A DNA stretch of 64,000 bases from a bacterium (GCA_965221165.1 CBDCRP010000003.1:2016001-2080000), one strand, 5' to 3'; shown: positions 19,750 through 29,733, numbered from the stretch's first letter. Notes: a model not told the origin generated them from the letters alone. Numbers and translations: made by a program.

Positions 19750-20075
19750 CCCACCCCGAGGAGGGGTTCCGTCCCCTACGGAACGCCTCCCGTATTGGTC
19801 GGGTTTGACGCCACCATGCCGGGGTTGCAGATCACTCCCGGCCGATGAAGGTCCTCGTAGGGACAACCCCCCGTGGTTGTCCTATGTCAGGGAAGGGATG
19901 GCCCCAGGACAGGCACGGGGGCCTGTGGGGCGGCCCCGAGGAGGGAAGCTGCATAGGGGCGGTTCGCGAAACTGTGGGGCAGTCCCGATGAGTGACTGCC
20001 CCTGCTACTGGGGAAACATCGACAGGGTGGACACACACGAGCTTCCCCTTTTCGGGAAAGCCCGACGCCCCTACG
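19750..20075. repeat. cluster of GTAG-type REP-like palindromes
   Basis: GTAGGGACAACCCCCCGTGGTTGTCC (19857-19882) plus several degenerate GTAGGG/CCCCTAC units. Confidence 0.65.
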
Positions 20076-20128
20076 GGTCAAAACGTGGTTTCGGGAATCA
20101 CAATCCCTTTCTTCCCGGTCGGGTTTGA

Positions 20129-20617
20129 TTATTCGTTCACGCGCCAGACGTCTTTCATCGCGCACCCGCTGGCCTTGTACAAATTGTACACCGGGCACCT
20201 GCGGAAATACTCGGCCTTGAGCGCCTCCACCTGCTCTTCGCTCGCCTCGATCTCAAGCCAGATTTCGCTATGCGCCTCGCTCGGGTTCGATTGGTAGCCC
20301 TCCTGGCCCGCAATGCCCCTCGGACTGTAGACGATGGTGGATTTCACCTTGAGTGAGCCTATCTCGAGTTTCGCGTCTTTCGCGCATCTCTCGAGAATCA
20401 CCGCGGTGCAGCCCGCCAGCGAGGTCACGAGATAGTCCATGGGCGAGGGCCCCTCGCCCGAGCCGCCCAGGTGCTTGGGCTCATCCATCACCAGGGTGTA
20501 TCCGCGCATGAGGGTCACGATGCTCTTCGCATGACCCTTGAAGTCCGCTTCCGCCCAGTTCTCCGTGGTTTCGGGTAATTCTTTCGGCCGAATCGCCATT
20601 TTTATGCTGCCTCCCAT
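20129..20617 (-). CDS. OsmC family protein
   Basis: MDEPKHLGG.GEGPSP, SLAGC, RRCPV; start may be ATG at 20599. Confidence 0.85.
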   Translation of the reverse strand: MGGSIKMAIRPKELPETTENWAEADFKGHAKSIVTLMRGYTLVMDEPKHLGGSGEGPSPMDYLVTSLAGCTAVILERCAKDAKLEIGSLKVKSTIVYSPRGIAGQEGYQSNPSEAHSEIWLEIEASEEQVEALKAEYFRRCPVYNLYKASGCAMKDVWRVNE

Positions 20618-20810
20618 GATTATAAACTAAAATTCCGTCCCGCCGGCGCATCCGTGAGGGTCGTCCGTGAAGACCCCCGATGCGTACGCGGGCCTTAATC
20701 GTCCTCGTTTTTTAGCAGGGAATTCATGAAAAGGGTAGGTGTGGGCGTAATCCGGTGTCGTTACCGGCAAAGGGGGGAGGAACAATCCCTCATTCTTCAA
20801 TCGGGATTGA

Positions 20811-21056
20811 TTATCTGGTTCGCTCGATGAGTTCGCGCAAGGCCATGCGGCTTTCCGCCTGCCCGCCGATGAGTTCGCGCAAGGCCACCATCGCCTCGTT
20901 GTGTCTGCGCTCGGAGTCGGTCATCGCCTCGTTGTGTCTGCGCTCGGAGTCGGCTGCCCGCATTTCCGCGCCTGTCGCCATGACGCGAATGCCGTAGTAG
21001 AGCAAGCTCAGGCCGCCGTAGGAGGCGAGGAGGTTCAAGTATTCATAGGTCGTCAT
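20811..21056 (-). CDS. small membrane-anchored coiled-coil protein with internal repeats
   Basis: GGAG RBS, N-terminal hydrophobic stretch, DSERRHNEAM x2 and ALRELI x2. Confidence 0.55.
   Translation of the reverse strand: MTTYEYLNLLASYGGLSLLYYGIRVMATGAEMRAADSERRHNEAMTDSERRHNEAMVALRELIGGQAESRMALRELIERTR
20825..20953. repeat. two exact direct repeats (21 bp at period 42; 32 bp at period 33)
   Basis: CGATGAGTTCGCGCAAGGCCA at 20825 and 20867; CATCGCCTCGTTGTGTCTGCGCTCGGAGTCGG at 20889 and 20922. Confidence 0.9.
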
Positions 21057-21288
21057 GCGCTTTCTCCCAGGAACCGGGTCCTCCGACGCATCTGAAATAA
21101 CTATAGAAAGATATTCCGGGTCTCGTCAAATCATCCCCGACCCGGCGGAGTGATAGCCCTCGTCTTGCCGCCGGGCTTCCCGAAGAGGGGTTCGTCTCTA
21201 CGACTGACACGCGTCCGTCACGCCGAACAAAAAAATCGCCTCGCTCCCCGGAGAGGGAAACGAGGCGACATGGTTATGCGGAAGCTCT

Positions 21289-21747
21289 CTAAAGCGCTTT
21301 CAGCACGGCTTTCGTATGTCCATTCACCTTGACGTCCTTGAAAACCTTCTCGATGACGCCTTTTTCGTCGATGATGTAGGTGGTGCGGAAAATTCCGATG
21401 AACTTCCTGCCGAACAGGGTCTTTTCGCCATAGGCCCCGTACTTCGACGAGATGAGGCCGTCGGGGTCCGCCAGCAGGGTGAAATCCAGCTCCAGTTTTT
21501 GTGAAAACTTCTTGTGGCTGACCTCGTTGTCGGGGCTTACGCCGATGACGGTCGCGTTTTTCTTCTGTATTTTCACCAGCTCTTTGTTGAAGTCCTCCGC
21601 TTCCACCGTGCACCCGGGCGTATTGTCCTTCGGGTAGAAGTAAAGCACGACCCTCTGGCCCTTGTATCTCGACAGCCGGTGGACCTTGCCGTTCTCGTCC
21701 CTCAAGGCGAATGCGGGGGCTCTAGCTCCTTCTTTCAGTGCCGCCAT
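21289..21747 (-). CDS. bcp: thioredoxin-dependent thiol peroxidase BCP
   Basis: LYFYPKDNTPGCTVEA, GVSPD, RTTYIID. Confidence 0.92.
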   Translation of the reverse strand: MAALKEGARAPAFALRDENGKVHRLSRYKGQRVVLYFYPKDNTPGCTVEAEDFNKELVKIQKKNATVIGVSPDNEVSHKKFSQKLELDFTLLADPDGLISSKYGAYGEKTLFGRKFIGIFRTTYIIDEKGVIEKVFKDVKVNGHTKAVLKAL

Positions 21748-21886
21748 TTCGCCCCCCTGTCGTTGCAGTCCTGGAGTTCAAAAAAAACCACGCGCCTTGA
21801 GCCGCATGTGTGGATAAAGCAGGAATAATCGACGTTCGCCTGATTATACTGGCATAGTTTCGGGATCGAATCAAGGGCGGGCGGAG

Positions 21887-22738
21887 TTAGAGTCCCCAAT
21901 CCCTGGCGTAGCGGAAATCGCGGTCGATCGTGCGCTGGCTGATCTTGGCTATCAACGGCAGGCGCCTCTTGTACTGGCTGCGCTGCACCAGTCTCTGGAT
22001 TCCGTCCACGAGTTCGGGCGTAAAACCCTCGGAGAGCAACTCCTCGCGCGTGTAGCGGCAATCTATCATCCGGTACAAGACGGCGTCGGCCACCTCATAG
22101 CTGTAGCCGAGTTCCTCCTCATCGGTCTGGCCCACCCACAGGTCCGCGCTCGGGGCCTTGTCCACCACCCGGGCCGGCACGCCGACGTGGCGCGACAGCT
22201 GGCGTACCTGCGTCTTGAACAGATCGCCGATGGGGTTCACCGCGCTGGCCATGTCCCCGAACAGGGTTCCGTAGCCGAGCAGGAGCTCGGTCTTGTTGCT
22301 CGTGCCCACGACCAGGGCGCCGAGGAGGGCTGAGTGATCATATAAAATCGTCATCCTCTCTCGGGCCATCTTGTTGCCCCGGCGGAGGTTGTCGGCATCG
22401 GGGAACTGCTCGAAATACGCATCCACCTGGGGGGAAATATCCACCACCTTGAAATGGATGCCGCTGGTCTCGGCCACCGCGCGCGCATCCGCTTCGCTCC
22501 GGGGGTTGGAAAGCCGGTAGGGCATGATGACGCCCGTCACGTTCTCGGGCCCCATGGCGGCGGCCGCCAGAAAGGCGGACAGCGCGCTGTCGATTCCGCC
22601 CGAGAGGCCCAGAACCAGCTTCTTCACGCCGACTTTGGAGACCTCGTCCCTGATGAAGCCCGAGAGCAGGCCGGTGGCGAGTTCGCCGTCCAGTTCCAGT
22701 TCCGCCATCGCGTCTTGGATGAGTTCTTCGTCCAGCAA
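21887..22738 (-). CDS. nadE: NAD+ synthetase (synthetase-only subunit)
   Basis: [41 protein letters not shown]. Confidence 0.93.
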   Translation of the reverse strand: MLDEELIQDAMAELELDGELATGLLSGFIRDEVSKVGVKKLVLGLSGGIDSALSAFLAAAAMGPENVTGVIMPYRLSNPRSEADARAVAETSGIHFKVVDISPQVDAYFEQFPDADNLRRGNKMARERMTILYDHSALLGALVVGTSNKTELLLGYGTLFGDMASAVNPIGDLFKTQVRQLSRHVGVPARVVDKAPSADLWVGQTDEEELGYSYEVADAVLYRMIDCRYTREELLSEGFTPELVDGIQRLVQRSQYKRRLPLIAKISQRTIDRDFRYARDWGL

Positions 22739-22888
22739 ACCGAGTCTCCGCTATGAGAAATGCTTCCGCTCCCTTTCGTCTCTATCATGCCTCCCGTCCG
22801 CTCCCTCTGCAACGGCCAAGGGCCATTGACCACGCGGCACGCGGGGAATACCTTTCACTCATCCATTCATCGATTATATGGAGTCGAC

Positions 22889-23668
22889 ATGCCTTACGCG
22901 GGGAACATCGAAAATCTGAAATGGATTTACGACGAGGAAGAAGCGCTGAAAAAAGGCTCGCCCGTCTGCATCGATACGCCCAATCTCGAGGTGCGGGTCA
23001 TCGTTCTCCGGCCGGGCGTCTACCCGCCCTATCACGCGCATCACGAAGAGATGGACGAAGGCTACCTCATCTATGGCGGGCGCGGGCTGATTCACAACGG
23101 CGGCGAGACGTTTCCCGTCGGGAAGGGAAACGTTCTCTTGAACCCGCGCGGCGCGATGCACCACATGAAGAACACAGGCGAGGACGAGCTGATAGAGTTC
23201 AACTTCAGAGGGGGCCGAATGCCCTCGGGCTTCCTCATGCCGGCGGGCGACCCGCCCCCCAATCCGGATCCCGAATCCGTGAAAAACCCGCTCGCGCCGC
23301 CCGTCCCCTACATCAAGGGCGGCGTGGACGAGCTGACGGGCGCATTCGACCTCGAATCCGTGAAGGAAAAGGGCCTCACGCGCGCCATCTCCACGGAATA
23401 CCTCGAGTGCCAGATCGTCTCCTTTCCTCCCGGCGGGCGACCGCACGTCCACCGGCACCTGAACGCGATGGACGAGGCGACGCTGCTGCTCAAAGGGAAC
23501 ATGAATTTCATCATCGAAGACGAGACCATAGAAGCGTCCGCGGGCGATCTAGTACACACGCCGGGCGGGGCCTGGCACACGGTGCACAACGCGAGCGACG
23601 CCCCCGCCGTATTGTTCAACTTCCGGGGCGGCGCGCTGCCTTCAAAAACCGAATGGCGGGACGCGTAG
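22889..23668 (+). CDS. bicupin protein
   Basis: Two cupin motifs (YHAHHEEMDE...MH; VHRHLNAMDE...WH); GGAG RBS before ATG at 22889. Confidence 0.8.
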   Translation: MPYAGNIENLKWIYDEEEALKKGSPVCIDTPNLEVRVIVLRPGVYPPYHAHHEEMDEGYLIYGGRGLIHNGGETFPVGKGNVLLNPRGAMHHMKNTGEDELIEFNFRGGRMPSGFLMPAGDPPPNPDPESVKNPLAPPVPYIKGGVDELTGAFDLESVKEKGLTRAISTEYLECQIVSFPPGGRPHVHRHLNAMDEATLLLKGNMNFIIEDETIEASAGDLVHTPGGAWHTVHNASDAPAVLFNFRGGALPSKTEWRDA

Positions 23669-23720
23669 GCCAAACCCGACTGATGAGGGAGGGATCACGA
23701 GCGAAGAGAAGGGATCACGC

Positions 23721-24060
23721 GTAGGGGACGCATATATGCGTCCCGCGCCCTTTCTCGCCCCCAATCGTCATTCCGGCGAATATTGGCGGCAACCTACAGG
23801 TTGACCAGAGCAGGCGTGTTCCTCATCCGCCTGGTCAATCTATCGATTGCCACCGGCATTCAGGCGCTGCGGAATGACGAGCAGGCGTAGGGGTCGTTCC
23901 ACGTTCGTGAAGATGGGCGGACAACCACGGGGGGTTGTCCCTACTTTCTTTTGGGCCGGCAACCTCGAAGAAGGCTCGTGGCTCCGTAGGGGACGCATAT
24001 ATGCGTCCCGCGCCTTTCTCGCCCCCAAAACATGGGCCGCATGTATGCGTGGGACTCCCC
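23721..24060. repeat. REP cluster (GTAG and CGTC types) with a ~44-bp direct repeat
   Basis: GTAGGGGACGCATATATGCGTCCCGCGCC(C)TTTCTCGCCCCCAA at 23721 and 23986; GGACAACCACGGGGGGTTGTCCCTAC; CGTCATTCC...GGAATGACG. Confidence 0.8.
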
Positions 24061-24119
24061 CGTGGAGGGAAAGTCCGGCCGCAAGGCAAGGGCGCGCAAA
24101 CGCATCCCGACGGCCCGGG

Positions 24120-25193
24120 CTAGTGGGCAACCAAGCTCCCGTGCACCCAGCGGTCCTTGTACCGGCTCTCGACGTACAGCGTCCTGCTCGTCTCGCGCGT
24201 CTCCACGTTCATGTTCCCCGGCATCGGCCTGCCGGAGGGTTTTGCGGCGCGCGCCGTGTCGATGAACGCGGCCACCTCGGCGAGCGTCGGTTGCTTGCGC
24301 TTCGGCGCATCCAGCTGCGCGATGGCTTCCGTCGCCGCCGCCTTCAACTGCCGCGGCCACACTTTCCGGAACAGGCCGGCGCTTTCGAACTCATCACCAC
24401 TGCTGATCTCGCCGTTGATGGCCAAAATATAGCCCACAGCTTCTGAATGCTGTTGCGGCAGTCCGCCCAGGGCCTTTTCATAGTCCACAAGAGCCGACCC
24501 GAGGCCCTTGTTCTCGAGCGATAGCTGGAGGCTTGAGGGCGAGCGCTCATGGGCGACCCGCTCTTTCAAGCTTCGGCCCAAACTCTTCTGCATCAACTTA
24601 ATCCCGCCCCACACCTGGCTCTGGAGGCTCGCGGCTCCCCGCCGCCGACGCGCTCTCATTTGTTCCTCCCTGGGCGCGGTCGCGCGCCGCACCCGTTTGT
24701 GTATCGCTATCCTGCCTGCCTTCGAAGGCAAGCGGTGTTCGGATACCGAAAACTCACGCATCTTCTCCCCGCCGCGCCTGGACCATCGTCCTGCCTCGAC
24801 GCAAAAGACGCCGATGGGAAGGTAGCCCGATCTCGGGGGGATGATAATACTGAAGACCAGAACGCGGTCCTGCTTGCCGCCCTTGACGATGTCGCCCGCC
24901 TGGATGAAGACGTCGCGATCACCCAGATTGCGGACCATGAGCCGGCTGACGCTGCCGGTTTCGATGACCTTGACATGGCCCCGCCTCATCGCCTCGCCCA
25001 GGGTGAGCGGCACGGGGCCTTTGTTTCGGCCCTCGCGGTGAATCAGATAGATGGCGAGATTTTTCTTTTCGTAGGATCCGGTAAGACGATAGGCCTTCTT
25101 CGCCTCCGCGATAGGCGCAAGCCCGGAAGCCAGAAGGAAAAAGCTACAAGCGGCGAGTGAGAAGACGCACGATTTTTTGAACAATTTTTTCAT
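24120..25193 (-). CDS. exported DUF6569/ARPP-1-like domain protein
   Basis: Signal peptide ending AEA; VFIQAGDIVKGGKQDR, VFCVEAGRW, QSQVW. Confidence 0.6.
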   Translation of the reverse strand: MKKLFKKSCVFSLAACSFFLLASGLAPIAEAKKAYRLTGSYEKKNLAIYLIHREGRNKGPVPLTLGEAMRRGHVKVIETGSVSRLMVRNLGDRDVFIQAGDIVKGGKQDRVLVFSIIIPPRSGYLPIGVFCVEAGRWSRRGGEKMREFSVSEHRLPSKAGRIAIHKRVRRATAPREEQMRARRRRGAASLQSQVWGGIKLMQKSLGRSLKERVAHERSPSSLQLSLENKGLGSALVDYEKALGGLPQQHSEAVGYILAINGEISSGDEFESAGLFRKVWPRQLKAAATEAIAQLDAPKRKQPTLAEVAAFIDTARAAKPSGRPMPGNMNVETRETSRTLYVESRYKDRWVHGSLVAH

Positions 25194-25437
25194 GACTATC
25201 TCCTATGGGAGAGAACCTGTCGGCGTTTTCGTTTGAGTTTTAATCCCGGGCGCAGGGCGCTTTTCTCCAGTCGCCCGAGGCGCCCGGGGATGTACGCGTA
25301 TTTCAGAAAACTCATCCCTCTTGCAATTTTTGGACGCAGCGGAGTTCCGAAGGGTGAGGTGGAGGCGTTACCGGAAGGGTGGTTTTCGTACGGGCCCCTT
25401 CAACGAAGAGACCGGAAAATTCGAGGTGGCGCGGATT

Positions 25438-26340
25438 TTATTTTCTTCTGCCCAGGCTATTGAAGATCGTCTGGATCCAGCGTTTCGTCGAAATAAAGCC
25501 CGTGCCCCAGCCTGCGTATTTCTGAGGAAGTCCCGCCGCTTGAATCTGTGCGAGGGTTTTGCCCGCTTTCATCTGCCCGCGCACAATGCGGGTCGTCTCG
25601 ATGAGCATCGAATGGTACGCATTCAACTCCCTAACTCCCGAGAGCGGGCCATGGCCGGGGATGATTTTGGCGTTTTTGGGTATTTGCATGATGAGTTTGC
25701 CGATATTTTTAGCAAGCCCTTCCACGTCGCCTCCGTTCCCCAGGTCCACGAACGGAAACCGGCCCGAGAAGAACAAATCGCCCGTATGAACGACGTTCGA
25801 TTTCGGGAAGAAGAGGGCGCTGTCGCCGTCGGTATGGCTGTTCGGGTAGTGAACGACGCGAATCTCCTCGCCGTTGAAATGAACGGACATCGACCCCTCA
25901 TACGTGATGACGGGGAGGCCCGCCTTCGCCTTGGGCTTTACGGTCCGGCCCAGCACGTAGCTGGTGACGGCGAGACGTTTCCGGACGTTGGCGTGCGAAA
26001 TAATGTGCGCATCTTTGCCGAATATCTCGTTCGCCCCCGTATGATCGCCGTGCCAATGCGTGTTGACCACGAAAGCGAGGGGCTTTTTCGCGCCGAGGCC
26101 CTTGAGCGCCGCTTTTATCTTGGGAGCCAGGGGAGCGAACTTGTCGTCGATCATCAAGACGCCGTCTTCGCCCGCGGATACGCCGATGTTTCCCCCTCTG
26201 CCGGTGAGCATGTGCACCGCCCCGGCAACGTGGGTCGTCTTGATTTGGGCTTCTGCGATTTGCGCGAGTCCGGGAGCCAGGTGGATGAAGGCGCAAGCCG
26301 CAAGCGTGAGGACACACGATTTTCTGGATAGTCTTTTCAT
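25438..26340 (-). CDS. exported metallo-beta-lactamase-fold hydrolase (cyclase-like)
   Basis: NTHWHGDHTGAN, HTDGD, HTGD, IPGHG; ATG at 26340 with GGAG RBS and signal peptide. Confidence 0.9.
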   Translation of the reverse strand: MKRLSRKSCVLTLAACAFIHLAPGLAQIAEAQIKTTHVAGAVHMLTGRGGNIGVSAGEDGVLMIDDKFAPLAPKIKAALKGLGAKKPLAFVVNTHWHGDHTGANEIFGKDAHIISHANVRKRLAVTSYVLGRTVKPKAKAGLPVITYEGSMSVHFNGEEIRVVHYPNSHTDGDSALFFPKSNVVHTGDLFFSGRFPFVDLGNGGDVEGLAKNIGKLIMQIPKNAKIIPGHGPLSGVRELNAYHSMLIETTRIVRGQMKAGKTLAQIQAAGLPQKYAGWGTGFISTKRWIQTIFNSLGRRK

Positions 26341-26551
26341 GGCGGTCTCCGGTGGAAAAGAGAATCTATGGGAGTTGAAATTTCGTTTTATCTCCTGGCG
26401 GCAGAACGTTTTTCGCTGTATCAAATCCGGCATTCGCCGGAATGCGCTGATTTCAGAGGGCCGGGATGGTGGCGACCCCTCAAGGGGGGAGTGATTGAAG
26501 CCGACAGACATCTATGTCCGACCCTGCAAAAGCATGCGCATTTGCAAAAAC

Positions 26552-27412
26552 TCAACCCTCCCGCGAGCGTTGGATGCGGCGCAATTCCCGCAGGGTGAGG
26601 TGCAAGTCCTCATCCCGCAGCGTGGGGGATGCGATGCGCGCGCGCCGCACGTTCGCCGTGTCCACCTGGGAGACGAGCATCTCCTCCCTGGAACGCTCGG
26701 CCCGGGCGAGAGGCTCCCCGCTGGGCGCCAGGATTTCAGACCCCCCCCAGAAGTTGATGCCGTCCTCGTATCCCACTCTGTTGCTGAAGACGACGTGCTG
26801 GTTATAGGCCGAGGCGTAGGTTCTCGTGAGCGATTGCCAGACGCGCTGAATCGCAAGGCCTCCCTCGCCGTTCGCCTTGCTCACGCCGCGCGCGGGGCTC
26901 GCCGAGGGAACGATGAGCAAATCCGCGCCGTCGAGCGAGGCGATTCCGGCCAGGCTCGGGTGCCAGGCGTCCTCGCAAATGAGGATGGCCGCGCGACCGA
27001 AGCGGGTGTCGAAAGCGCGCACCTTGTCCCCTTTGCCGACGTAGCGGTTCTCGTCGAACAGCCCGTATGTCGGCAGATACACCTTGCGGTGCACGTGGAC
27101 CAATTCACCACCCTCGAAATAGGCGGCGGAATTGAAAAACCCGTGCCTGCCGGATTCCTCCACGAAACCGACCACCAGGGAGACCTTCTTGCTCAGGGCG
27201 GCGATTTCCTTCATGGGCCCGGTCTTGCGCCGGATGGCCACTTCGGGAACCATGTCTTTGAGGAAATAGCCCGTCAGCGAGAGTTCGGGAAAAACGAGGA
27301 GGTCGACGCCTTTTTCTTCGGCTTTTCTCACCTCATCCACCAACAATTCCCGGTTCGCGTCGAGATTCCCCAGTCTTGGGCCGATTTGGGCCGCCGCCGC
27401 CAAAAATTTCAT
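26552..27412 (-). CDS. carbon-nitrogen hydrolase, glutaminase-like partner of NadE
   Basis: FPELSLTGY, HRKVYLPTYGLFDENRY, ICEDAWH (E-K-C triad). Confidence 0.88.
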   Translation of the reverse strand: MKFLAAAAQIGPRLGNLDANRELLVDEVRKAEEKGVDLLVFPELSLTGYFLKDMVPEVAIRRKTGPMKEIAALSKKVSLVVGFVEESGRHGFFNSAAYFEGGELVHVHRKVYLPTYGLFDENRYVGKGDKVRAFDTRFGRAAILICEDAWHPSLAGIASLDGADLLIVPSASPARGVSKANGEGGLAIQRVWQSLTRTYASAYNQHVVFSNRVGYEDGINFWGGSEILAPSGEPLARAERSREEMLVSQVDTANVRRARIASPTLRDEDLHLTLRELRRIQRSREG

Positions 27413-27550
27413 GTCGTTTTCCTGTCGAGATCGAATAACGAATTCAGAATGCCGTGTCCTTCGCCGCGATAAAACGCCGCCCGCCCATCATGTCTAGCAT
27501 ATTATCGGCGACCGGAGAAAACAGGCGCGGGAAAATCGGGAGAAACCCGA

Positions 27551-27925
27551 TCAGATGAAGAGTTTGGTTTCCGCCCCTTTCGTTTTTCTCATGAATTCGG
27601 GCAGAGAGATTATTTCGTCCACGACGTCCGCCACGTCCTCGGGCGCGAGGCCCAGGAGCTTGGGCTGCGCGGCGCACGCATACACTTTCAGCTTGCCGAG
27701 CCTTCTGGCGGAATCGATGATTTCGCTCACCGGATGCGTCTTGCGCGCGTCCGCATGCGTCTCGGGCAGGCCGTCCAGGTCGTCGTCCACGAATCGCTTT
27801 AAGGCATGAAAGAACAGAATCACGTGCACCTCGTCCCCGTTCGCGGCGGCGCTCGCCGCCAGGGTGGCTACCTGGTATATGCGATCGGGCTCGCCGCTGT
27901 GGGCGTATATGACGAACTGGGACAT
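27551..27925 (-). CDS. DsrE/DsrF-like family protein
   Basis: AAANGDEVHVILFF, KVYAC, C-terminal LFI. Confidence 0.7.
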   Translation of the reverse strand: MSQFVIYAHSGEPDRIYQVATLAASAAANGDEVHVILFFHALKRFVDDDLDGLPETHADARKTHPVSEIIDSARRLGKLKVYACAAQPKLLGLAPEDVADVVDEIISLPEFMRKTKGAETKLFI

Positions 27926-28004
27926 GTCGGCCCTAAGTGTTGTTCCGGGAGGATGCGGCGAGACCCGGTTCGCCCGGGTAAGGAAATTTGACTCTCAAAC
28001 CGCA

Positions 28005-28274
28005 TCATTCAAAATCTTTCGGTTCTACGTTCTCGAAATCATAGTCGGGCAAATCCGAGCGGGACGGGGGATCGACGCCCTCATCCTGTAAATGAGGGGG
28101 CCTGGGGCGCGAGGCCCAAAGGTGGACGAACAAACGGTAGACGCCATACAGCAGGCAGCAGGCCACTACGAACCAGAAGGCTCCCGCAAAATCGCGTTGA
28201 TAAAAATAATACGCGATTCCAAGCCAGAAAAGAAAACCGGCCACTATGCCCGGAACCGAGCGGCCTCCTTCCAT
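28005..28274 (-). CDS. hypothetical small membrane protein
   Basis: GAGGTG RBS, two hydrophobic helices. Confidence 0.55.
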   Translation of the reverse strand: MEGGRSVPGIVAGFLFWLGIAYYFYQRDFAGAFWFVVACCLLYGVYRLFVHLWASRPRPPHLQDEGVDPPSRSDLPDYDFENVEPKDFE

Positions 28275-28312
28275 CGGCGTCCACCTCTCTTCATCGCTTC
28301 GAACCGCCGGGG

Positions 28313-28768
28313 TCAGTCCGTTTCAGGGGCGGTTACCGAAGATTCGCTCTCCTCGGGAGCCTCCTCCGTCGCCTCGGCGCTTGTTTCTTCCGTCTCTTCC
28401 GCCGCTTCGGCGCTTGCTTCGGCCGCTCCCCACTCTCCCGTCATGTGGCAGGCGCCCTCGAACACAGCCCCTTCTTCTATATATATGCTCGGCGTAAAAA
28501 TTTCGCCCTTCAAGTGAGAGCCGACCCTGATCTCGCACTTTTCCTTCGCCTCTATCTTCCCCTCCATCCGGCCCATCACGATGACGACACCGGCCTTGAC
28601 GTCGGCCTTCACATTCGCCGCGGCCCCGATGATGAAGGTATCCTCCGAGACGACCTCTCCCTCCAGGACGCCGTCCACGCGCACGGTGCCCTCGAAAGAT
28701 ATGACGCCCTTGAACTCGGTGCCTTCCCCGAGGAAGGCGCGAATGCTTTTCTCGTAGTTTTTCGCCAT
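28313..28768 (-). CDS. bactofilin (polymer-forming cytoskeletal protein)
   Basis: GEGTEFKG.I.FEG.VRVDG..EG, IEEGAVFEG.C.M; acidic tail. Confidence 0.9.
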   Translation of the reverse strand: MAKNYEKSIRAFLGEGTEFKGVISFEGTVRVDGVLEGEVVSEDTFIIGAAANVKADVKAGVVIVMGRMEGKIEAKEKCEIRVGSHLKGEIFTPSIYIEEGAVFEGACHMTGEWGAAEASAEAAEETEETSAEATEEAPEESESSVTAPETD

Positions 28769-28779
28769 CCATCAACCCC

Positions 28780-29733
28780 TTATGAGTCCCGAGAGGGAGA
28801 CCCGGCTCGACAAAGACGCTGAATCAACCCCTCGAGCGTTTCCCTCGTGTAATACTCGATTTCAATCTTCCCGTTGTTTTCATCGCCCTGAATCGCAACC
28901 TTCGTTCCCAGCGCGCTTCTCAGCCGCTCCGCCGCTTCGCGAAGATACAAAGCCTGCGGCCCCGACGGCCCGTCTTGAGGGGTTGCCCGCCGGAAGGCCG
29001 CCTTCTCTTCGCTCTTGCCCTCGAGCGCTTTTCGGACGCGCGTCTCTAGCTGGCGCACGGAGAGCCTCTTGTCGATGGCGGCCTGGCCGTGGCGGGCCAT
29101 CTCCTCATCCGTGCGCAAGGATAACAGCGCTCTGGCGTGCCCCATGGACAAGAGCCCCGCGGCCACGCTCTCCTGAACCGGGGGGGGCAGATTGAGCAGG
29201 CGGACGTAGTTCGCGACGGTCGAGCGATCCTTGCCGACGCGCGCCGCGACCTCTTCCTGCGTGAGGTTCAGGCGCTCCATCATGCCGGCGTATGCGGCCG
29301 CCTCCTCCATGGAGTTCAAGTCCGAGCGCTGCACGTTTTCGACGATCGCAAGCTCTAGAGCCTCATCTCCCCCTGCGTCGAGCAAAATGGCGGGAATATC
29401 ATCCACAGCCGCCAGGCGGGCGGCGCGCCAGCGCCGCTCTCCGGCCACAATCTCGTATCCCCCGCTCGCGGAACGCCTGACCAGAAGGGGCTGAATCACG
29501 CCGTGGCGCTTCACGGATTCCGCCAGTTCAGCCAGGTCTTCCTCGTCGAAATCAATGCGCGGCTGGTGCGCGCCGGGCGTGAGCCTATCCGGAGAAACCC
29601 AGATCAAAATCCCCGCATCCTCGGCGGTGGTGCGCGGAGAACCCAAATCCGCCGGTGCGGGTTCATCGGCCTCACGCGAGGCAAGGAGCGCGTCCAGACC
29701 CCGCCCGAGTACTTTTTTTCTCATCGTCGCCAT
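28780..29733 (-). CDS. parB: chromosome partitioning protein ParB
   Basis: LGRGLDAL, IVAGERRWRA, ENVQRSDL, HTH GKDRSTVAN. Confidence 0.95.
   Translation of the reverse strand: MATMRKKVLGRGLDALLASREADEPAPADLGSPRTTAEDAGILIWVSPDRLTPGAHQPRIDFDEEDLAELAESVKRHGVIQPLLVRRSASGGYEIVAGERRWRAARLAAVDDIPAILLDAGGDEALELAIVENVQRSDLNSMEEAAAYAGMMERLNLTQEEVAARVGKDRSTVANYVRLLNLPPPVQESVAAGLLSMGHARALLSLRTDEEMARHGQAAIDKRLSVRQLETRVRKALEGKSEEKAAFRRATPQDGPSGPQALYLREAAERLRSALGTKVAIQGDENNGKIEIEYYTRETLEGLIQRLCRAGSPSRDS

Noticed and set aside
19621-20128. ORFs over the REP clusters (also 23835-24130, 30642-31457, 36026-36377)
   Set aside because: They translate palindromic repeats, have no protein motifs, and show no HUH/Tyr transposase signature.
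20825-20953. 32-bp repeats as a possible CRISPR array
   Set aside because: Only two copies with a 1-bp spacer, in frame within a small ORF, and no cas genes.
21130-21280. GC-rich hairpins downstream of bcp as a possible ncRNA or tRNA-Sec
   Set aside because: No cloverleaf, anticodon arm or recognisable RNA family motif.
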